From assembly GCA_013331805.1 (NCBI GenBank), contig DUFS01000003.1, positions 1 through 19,667 of the forward strand: a stretch of DNA of 19,667 nt, given 5' to 3'. Under the pieces are notes generated by a model. It did no database searches and was not told where the DNA came from. It saw nothing but the letters and a program-made list of their open reading frames with translations. How positions within the stretch are numbered: position 1 is the stretch's first letter; the number at the start of each line of letters is the position of its first letter. The stretch comes from Candidatus Micrarchaeota archaeon. GTDB lineage: Archaea; Micrarchaeota; Micrarchaeia; Anstonellales; Anstonellaceae. Shown piece after piece: positions 14,645 to 19,667 of the stretch. The translations under genes and the position numbers were made by a program.

Positions 14645-15373
14645 TTACCTTCGCCTCTGCGGCGGGCGGCGCTTGTTCAGCGGCCTGGGCTGCACCTTGG
14701 GCGCGATCTCCATCGGCGTTGAAGCCGTAACGTCCTCCGCGGCTGCGATGACTTTCGGAATCTCGATTTTCGCGCCTGCCACCTTGTCAGGGAACACCGT
14801 GCCCGGGAGCACTATCCTCACCAGCACGCCGATTGCGCCTGACTTGGGGTATGCTGTGACATGCGCGACCGCCACCTGCCTTGCAGGCTCGCCGGCCTTT
14901 GGAATATAACCCGACATCACGCGGAACCGCTTGCTCCTGCCGCCTTTGGCTGCGATTTTCCCTGACGCCACTATTTCCGCGCCAAGCGCGCCTGCGCGTA
15001 TCGCGTCGCGGAGCGAGGCGTGGAGAATTGCGCGGATTTTCTTGCCCATCTCTATGTAGCGGCAGATCTTTTTTGCCACAAGCCGAGGCTCGAGGTTGAG
15101 GTTGGTGGACTCCACCACTGAAATCTGCGGGTTGTCGATCTTGAATTCGTTCTTGATCGCGTCCGTGAGGTCCTGAATGCTCTTGCCCCTTTTGCCGATG
15201 ACGCGCCCGGGATTTGTCACCTCGACCGCGATGCGGGTCACCATGGGCGTCCGCTGTATGGCCACGCGCGAGAATCCCGCGCGGTCCAGCTCGCGCTCCA
15301 GGAACTTGGAAACCCGGTAGCGCGTGATCGCGTCCTCGATGAACTTTTCCTCGACTTTGGTTTTGTCACCCAT
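14645..15373 (-). CDS. rps3: 30S ribosomal protein uS3
   Basis: KFI, EL.RAGFS, PG.VIGKRG..I (KH domain), AGA.GAEI..SGK, G.IGV.VRI. Confidence 0.96.
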   Translation of the reverse strand: MGDKTKVEEKFIEDAITRYRVSKFLERELDRAGFSRVAIQRTPMVTRIAVEVTNPGRVIGKRGKSIQDLTDAIKNEFKIDNPQISVVESTNLNLEPRLVAKKICRYIEMGKKIRAILHASLRDAIRAGALGAEIVASGKIAAKGGRSKRFRVMSGYIPKAGEPARQVAVAHVTAYPKSGAIGVLVRIVLPGTVFPDKVAGAKIEIPKVIAAAEDVTASTPMEIAPKVQPRPLNKRRPPQRRR

Positions 15374-15391
15374 GTTTTCAACCTGTTATCC

Positions 15392-16033
15392 TCATGACTT
15401 TGCCGGAACTATGCCCGGTGATGCGGATGAGGCTTTTTTCTCTTCTGCTTTTTTTGCCTCCGCAGCCACGGCAGTCTTCGCTTCATTCGTTTTCGCAGCG
15501 TCAGCTTTTTTCTCTTCCGCTTTTTTTGGAGCATCAACTTTTTTCGCATCAGGCGCTTTTCTTGTCTTTGGGCCGTCTTTCGCCTCTGCCTTCACTTGCT
15601 TTTCCCCGAGGACAACTTCGATGAACGCCATTTCGTAATTGTGCCTTATCCGCCTCCCCTTGGGGGACATCCTCGGGTAGGTGTCGGTCTTGTTTGCGAT
15701 TATGTGGACAATGGAGGTCTCGCCAAGGCCAAGCCGGATTGCGTTTGCTGAAGCGCTTTTCAGCACTTCCAGCACGAATTTCACAGACTTTACCGGAAAG
15801 CCCCCGATTTTGCCGCCCAGCTCCCTCCTGTGCCCCTTGCCCGTGCTGTGGCGCGCGTACCAGATCGCCTTTTTCTTTATGGCTGCAAGCTCCAGGAATT
15901 CTATCGCGTCCTCGGTCGGGCGGCTCCTCACGTTCCTGCACACGTTGCAAAGGTCCTTGTAGGATGCGTTTACTCCCGTAACCCTTGCGCGCGCAGTGCG
16001 CATGCCTCCCTTGCCCTGGTATGCGTATGCCAT
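15392..16033 (-). CDS. rpl22: 50S ribosomal protein uL22 with Lys/Ala/Glu-rich C-terminal tail
   Basis: A.AR.....SYK...VC..VR, GHRR, G.FP.K, L.SA.ANA, P...GR, IEVVL. Confidence 0.94.
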   Translation of the reverse strand: MAYAYQGKGGMRTARARVTGVNASYKDLCNVCRNVRSRPTEDAIEFLELAAIKKKAIWYARHSTGKGHRRELGGKIGGFPVKSVKFVLEVLKSASANAIRLGLGETSIVHIIANKTDTYPRMSPKGRRIRHNYEMAFIEVVLGEKQVKAEAKDGPKTRKAPDAKKVDAPKKAEEKKADAAKTNEAKTAVAAEAKKAEEKKASSASPGIVPAKS

Positions 16034-16042
16034 GAATCTCAC

Positions 16043-16444
16043 TTACTTGAGCGGGATGAACTTGGACCCGCGCGTTGCGCCCACTCCTGGCCCGGAATGC
16101 AGCACCCTTCCTGTCGTGTGCGAAAAGTCCCCGAGCCGATACCCGAGCTTGTCAACCGTGATGACTACGCTCTTCCATTCCTTGCCGTTGTGAACCGCGA
16201 ATGTCATGCCGAGCCAGGCAGGGATTATCACAGCCTCGCGCATGTGCGTGCGGATGACTTTCCCTGGATTGGTCGACTTTAGCTTAGATGCCTTTTTTAT
16301 GAGCTTGCGAAGCTGGCCCGCCTTTGTCGTGGCCCGACGAAGAGCACGCCTTGCCCTTGAGGTCAGTAGGGGCATGAACTCCTCGATTGTTAGCCCCTCG
16401 AGCTCCTCCTTCACTTTTCCGCGGTACTTGTCAACTTTTGGCAT
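16043..16444 (-). CDS. rps19: 30S ribosomal protein uS19
   Basis: YRG...EEL, SRARR.L, IRTH.R..IIP, VHNGKE, G..LGDF, HSGPGVGATRGSKFIPLK. Confidence 0.97.
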   Translation of the reverse strand: MPKVDKYRGKVKEELEGLTIEEFMPLLTSRARRALRRATTKAGQLRKLIKKASKLKSTNPGKVIRTHMREAVIIPAWLGMTFAVHNGKEWKSVVITVDKLGYRLGDFSHTTGRVLHSGPGVGATRGSKFIPLK

Positions 16445-16462
16445 AAGCAAAACCCCTGGTCA

Positions 16463-17224
16463 TCACTTGTTCGCGCTTGCGAGCTTCTGCTCCTCCACGT
16501 GCGCCTTCTTGCGCCCTGTGCTCCTTGCGGCAATGTGGCCGACCTTCCTTCCAGGGGGCGCGTTCCTGGAGGTGGCGCTGCCCCTGCCCTTGTGGTGCTG
16601 CTTGCCGCCGAACGGGTGGGTGTAAGCCGACATGTGAACCCCGCGGTTCACAGGCCACTTTCGGTTCTGCGCGTGCTTCTTGTAGAAGTTGTTGCCTGCC
16701 TTGAGGAGCGGCTTTTCCAGCCTGCCCCCTCCGCAGACCACCCCGATCTGGGCGCGGCACGTGCCTTGGAGTATCAGCGTGTGCTTGGACGGAAGTTTCA
16801 CATAAACAGAATCCTTTTCCCTTGAGACAATCGTCGCGTACGAGCCCGGCGCGCGCACCAATTTGCCGCCGTCACCGGGCGCCATCTCTATATTATATAT
16901 CATGGAGCCTTCCGGTATTTTCGAAAGCGGAAGGCAACTCCCGAGCCCGAGCCTGGCGCTTGAGCCGCTCATGATTTCCTGGCCCTTTGCCATCCCCTCA
17001 GGGGCAAGAAGGTGCATGCGGCTCCCGTCCTCGAAAATGATGTCCATCAGAAGGGCGCCCCTGGCAGGGTCGTCCACGAATCGCAGCACTTCCCCGCGGA
17101 CTGCGCCTGACTTCTCGCCATCGTCGAACTTGCGGAAGGCAAGCTCTGACTTGTAGCGGTGCGAGGGAGCCTTGTAGGCCACCGATCCCTTTCCGCGCCT
17201 TTGCTGCCGCAGTAGTTTTCCCAT
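16463..17224 (-). CDS. rpl2: 50S ribosomal protein uL2
   Basis: MGK.L.QQRRGKG, DP.R.A, PGDGGKLVR, GGGR.EKP.LKAG, WP..RGV.M, HPFGG, PPGRKVG.IAAR.TG. Confidence 0.98.
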   Translation of the reverse strand: MGKLLRQQRRGKGSVAYKAPSHRYKSELAFRKFDDGEKSGAVRGEVLRFVDDPARGALLMDIIFEDGSRMHLLAPEGMAKGQEIMSGSSARLGLGSCLPLSKIPEGSMIYNIEMAPGDGGKLVRAPGSYATIVSREKDSVYVKLPSKHTLILQGTCRAQIGVVCGGGRLEKPLLKAGNNFYKKHAQNRKWPVNRGVHMSAYTHPFGGKQHHKGRGSATSRNAPPGRKVGHIAARSTGRKKAHVEEQKLASANK

Positions 17225-17233
17225 TTTTGCACC

Positions 17234-17485
17234 TTATACAATCTTGAGCTTTGCCGCAACGTCGTCGGCCTTGAAGCCTTCCTTTAGGCGGACGTACGCC
17301 CGCTTTTTTCCCGAGGGCGTGATGAGCGTGTTTACTTCGGCGACCTTGACCTCGAAGAGCTCCTCCACGTCCTTTTTTATCATGGGTTTTGTCGACTTGG
17401 TCTCGACCACGAATGTGAGGGTGTTCTGGAACTCGATCAGGCCAATCGCCTTTTCGTTCGTCACAGGGTAAAGTATTGAAGTCAT
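17234..17485 (-). CDS. rpl23: 50S ribosomal protein uL23
   Basis: P..EKA...IE.QNTL.F.V, K..IK..VE.LF.VKV..VNT, G.K.AYVRL. Confidence 0.96.
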   Translation of the reverse strand: MTSILYPVTNEKAIGLIEFQNTLTFVVETKSTKPMIKKDVEELFEVKVAEVNTLITPSGKKRAYVRLKEGFKADDVAAKLKIV

Positions 17486-17496
17486 GGAAATCACAT

Positions 17497-18276
17497 TCAC
17501 AATTTCGCTATTTCCGCAAGCGCGGCTTCCGTGTAGATTGCGAGCCTGCCCGCCTTTGCGCCGGGCGCCAGAAGCTCGGCAGAAAGGTCGCTTACCCTGA
17601 CCGCGTCCACGCCGGGTATGTTCCTTGCTGACCTCAAAAGGGGCGCGTCCTTGGATACTGCGATTATAGCGGACTTGGGATAGACCTTGCCCCCCTTTCT
17701 TGAGCCCACGCCGCTTCTCTTCTTTCCGTTCTCCGCCCTTTGCAGGTCCTTTCTTATTAGCAGGGAAAGGGCCTTGTAAACATCCTTGGTCTTTGCAACC
17801 GACTCGAATGAATTGTCCACAACTATCGGGAGCGCGATCTCCACCTTGTGGCCGCGGGCGGCAACCACTTCCTTGTGCCCAGTCGCAGCAATTGCGGATA
17901 TCAGGGCAACATGGTATTCCTTCCTGTTGAGCTTTTCGAATATGATTTTGTTCACGTGAGGCGGGTGCGCCCTCCTTCCCTTTACTGCGGAGGGGATCCT
18001 TTTCACCTTGCCCAGCCTTCCCTTGGGAAGCACCTCGCGCGGGCGGATGGCTGTGCCCTTGTTCTTGCCTGAGCCAAAGTCTTCCTTTCTTCCCCTGTAT
18101 CGGGCAGACGTTTCCATGCCAGCGCGCGGGTCGTTGCCCTTGGGCTGATAATGTCTGGTCTGGTCTGAAATGGAAGCCCTTGAAATGAGGTCGAGCCTGA
18201 CCTCTGCTGAAAACTGAAGCGGCAGCTCCACCTGGCGGAGCGCCTTGCCTTCAATCGAATATATGTTTGCCTTCAT
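17497..18276 (-). CDS. rpl4: 50S ribosomal protein uL4
   Basis: LP..F...VR.DLI.RA, QP.G.D..AG..TSA, GRRAHPP, N.KE, RNIPGVD, LAPG...GRL. Confidence 0.97.
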   Translation of the reverse strand: MKANIYSIEGKALRQVELPLQFSAEVRLDLISRASISDQTRHYQPKGNDPRAGMETSARYRGRKEDFGSGKNKGTAIRPREVLPKGRLGKVKRIPSAVKGRRAHPPHVNKIIFEKLNRKEYHVALISAIAATGHKEVVAARGHKVEIALPIVVDNSFESVAKTKDVYKALSLLIRKDLQRAENGKKRSGVGSRKGGKVYPKSAIIAVSKDAPLLRSARNIPGVDAVRVSDLSAELLAPGAKAGRLAIYTEAALAEIAKL

Positions 18277-18281
18277 GAGCA

Positions 18282-19229
18282 TCACTGCTTGGACTCCAAT
18301 GAAACGTATTTCAGGTCAGGGACCTTGACTGCCGCATGGGATTTCCTCACCGCGCGCCGCAGCCGTATCAGCCTTTTTGCCGGGCCGCCTAGCGAGCCTT
18401 TGATCAGAAGGAAATCGTTCTTGACATCCCCGTAGTGCGTGAAGCCCCCTTTGGGATTTATTTCCTCGGGCTGCCCCATTTTCAAAATCCTCTTGTTGAT
18501 TTCGGTCCTCTTGTGGTAGCCCATCTGCCCGGGCATGGGCACTGTGTACTGCACGTAACCCGGGTGCCAGGCGCCCAATGAGCCGATGTGCCTTCTTTTC
18601 CCGGTTGCCTTGCGCCTCTGCATCGAGGTCCCGAACCGCTTTACCGTCCCCTGCCAGCCCTTGCCGGTCGTTATCGAAATGGCGTCCAGGAACTCGCCTG
18701 GCTTGAAAACATCTGTTACCTTTATCTCCTTGCCGACAAGCGAGAGCGCATAATCGAGCTTTTCCTCTGTGTCCTTGCCGCCCACTGCAATCTCCATCCT
18801 CTCAGGCGTTTTTTTCCCGAATCCTGTGAGGGCGGGTTGGGCAAAACACAGGGCAAAAACATCATCAACGTCAGAAGCAGAGAATTTCCGGTCGGACTTT
18901 TTTTTCATTCCGATTTTCTTCAGGACTTTTTCATCGCCGCAGAGCATGTCAGAAACGACTTTTCCCGCCTTGTACCCGCGGACCCCGTACACGGCCAGGG
19001 GCGGGCATTCCAGCACCGTTGCCGAGGCGAATACCTCGTTTCCCTTTGAAGGCGACTCGGTGTCGTCTATGTACGTGAGGTGGGTCATGCCTGCCTTGTA
19101 GCCGGCAAACCCGCACAGCTTTTTTTCCGCAAAAGCCTGCCAATGCCTCACAGTGGGCATCTGCGATTCCGCCCTTTTCCTGGGCCGGAATGCGACCGAA
19201 CCCTGCTTGTGGCCTGAGCGCTTTCCCAT
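18282..19229 (-). CDS. rpl3: 50S ribosomal protein uL3
   Basis: GS..FRPRKRA, GYKAGMTH, GKGWQG.VKRFG, R..G.LG.WHP, GQMGYHKRTE.NKRI, GGF.HYG. ATG 19229. Confidence 0.98.
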   Translation of the reverse strand: MGKRSGHKQGSVAFRPRKRAESQMPTVRHWQAFAEKKLCGFAGYKAGMTHLTYIDDTESPSKGNEVFASATVLECPPLAVYGVRGYKAGKVVSDMLCGDEKVLKKIGMKKKSDRKFSASDVDDVFALCFAQPALTGFGKKTPERMEIAVGGKDTEEKLDYALSLVGKEIKVTDVFKPGEFLDAISITTGKGWQGTVKRFGTSMQRRKATGKRRHIGSLGAWHPGYVQYTVPMPGQMGYHKRTEINKRILKMGQPEEINPKGGFTHYGDVKNDFLLIKGSLGGPAKRLIRLRRAVRKSHAAVKVPDLKYVSLESKQ

Positions 19230-19247
19230 TAGAATCCCTAACAATTA

Positions 19248-19418
19248 AGCTTTGGCATCACGGTCACATGGTGCGGCAGGACGCCCGCCGCACAGAGGCG
19301 CACAACCAAAGGTTGCACGCCGCACCTTGTGAGTGCAAAGCTGATTCACCGCGCTTCTTCCCTGTCAAAATCCAAATGCAGGGGTGTCGGTGAGTGTCAT
19401 CTTACTATCAAAGTAAGA
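19248..19418 (-). ncRNA. Candidate structured cis-regulatory 5' leader RNA of the uL3 operon
   Basis: Several helices between the TATA box and the uL3 ATG. Two hairpins are fully paired only on the minus (mRNA) strand, through G-U wobbles. Confidence 0.7.
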
Positions 19419-19443
19419 AGTTCGTCTATATATGAGACAAGTA

Positions 19444-19451
19444 TTTATAAA
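19444..19451 (-). promoter_or_regulatory. TATA box of the ribosomal superoperon
   Basis: TTTATAAA(TACTT) predicts a start near 19420, immediately before the first leader hairpin. The octamer is palindromic, so direction is inferred from context. Confidence 0.7.
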
Positions 19452-19667
19452 GATTGACCCCCTTGCGTGGTAAGCGCTTAAAATTCTTCTGGCAGCGACG
19501 TGAATCAGCCGCCCGAAAAGCGAGATACCGGCAGTTTTCGCAAAAAAAACCTTTTCGAAAAAGAACGCTCTCCGTCGAGCAAAAAATGCATTTTTGCCAA
19601 AAAATAATGGAAAGACATGGGATTATCGTCTGAAGACACGTCGTGGAAAGTCGTTTTTACGCCGAAA

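Noticed and set aside
13365..19229. Absence of uS10 and uL16 from the S10-like cluster
   Set aside because: Normal for archaea, where these genes lie elsewhere.
19190..19393. 67-aa plus-strand ORF over the leader
   Set aside because: Overlaps uL3 antisense and has no motif; the G-U pattern indicates selection on minus-strand RNA structure instead.
19230..19420. Leader region as tRNA, SRP RNA, RNase P RNA or C/D box sRNA
   Set aside because: No T-loop or cloverleaf, no SRP helix 8 motif, no RNase P GAGGAAAGUCC core; GUGAUGC is only a partial box C and has no matching D box.
19617..19667. Possible plus-strand gene start MGLSSEDTSWKVVFTPK, loosely like a RelE/ParE N-terminus
   Set aside because: Only 17 codons with a weak SD; a competing minus-strand frame (19666-19505) is also open. 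Cannot be resolved without flanking sequence.
1..19667. Mobile elements, CRISPR arrays, inteins, frameshifted or recoded r-protein genes
   Set aside because: No transposase or integrase motifs, no repeat-spacer periodicity, and all core genes read intact in the standard code.

Overview
The window is almost entirely the conserved archaeal S10/spc ribosomal superoperon on the minus strand: uL3-uL4-uL23-uL2-uS19-uL22-uS3-uL29-aIF1(SUI1)-Rpp29-uS17-uL14-uL24-eS4-uL5-uS14-uS8-uL6-eL32-eL19-uL18-uS5-uL30-uL15-[inserted gene]-secY-adk-DUF106-eL34-cmk-eL14-[inserted aminotransferase, + strand]-cbf5/truB (cut by the window edge). eS4, eL32, eL19, eL34, eL14, SUI1, Rpp29 and TATA-type promoters make it archaeal. 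A DPANN lineage such as Micrarchaeota is my impression only. Five things depart from the standard operon. (1) A ~190-nt highly structured 5' leader before uL3, with strand-specific G-U pairs and two mutually exclusive folds (candidate ribosomal leader or switch). (2) The Oxa1-superfamily DUF106 protein is about twice the usual size, carrying a ~210-aa loop that looks like a circularly permuted Ig-like domain with a DDG..D..DG motif. (3) An orphan membrane/coiled-coil gene sits between uL15 and secY, with its own promoter and an apparent ATC start codon. (4) A lower-GC HisC-like PLP enzyme with altered cofactor motifs sits between eL14 and cbf5. (5) aIF1 starts at TTG, suggesting possible start-codon autoregulation. 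All calls come from reading motifs by eye; no database searches were run.
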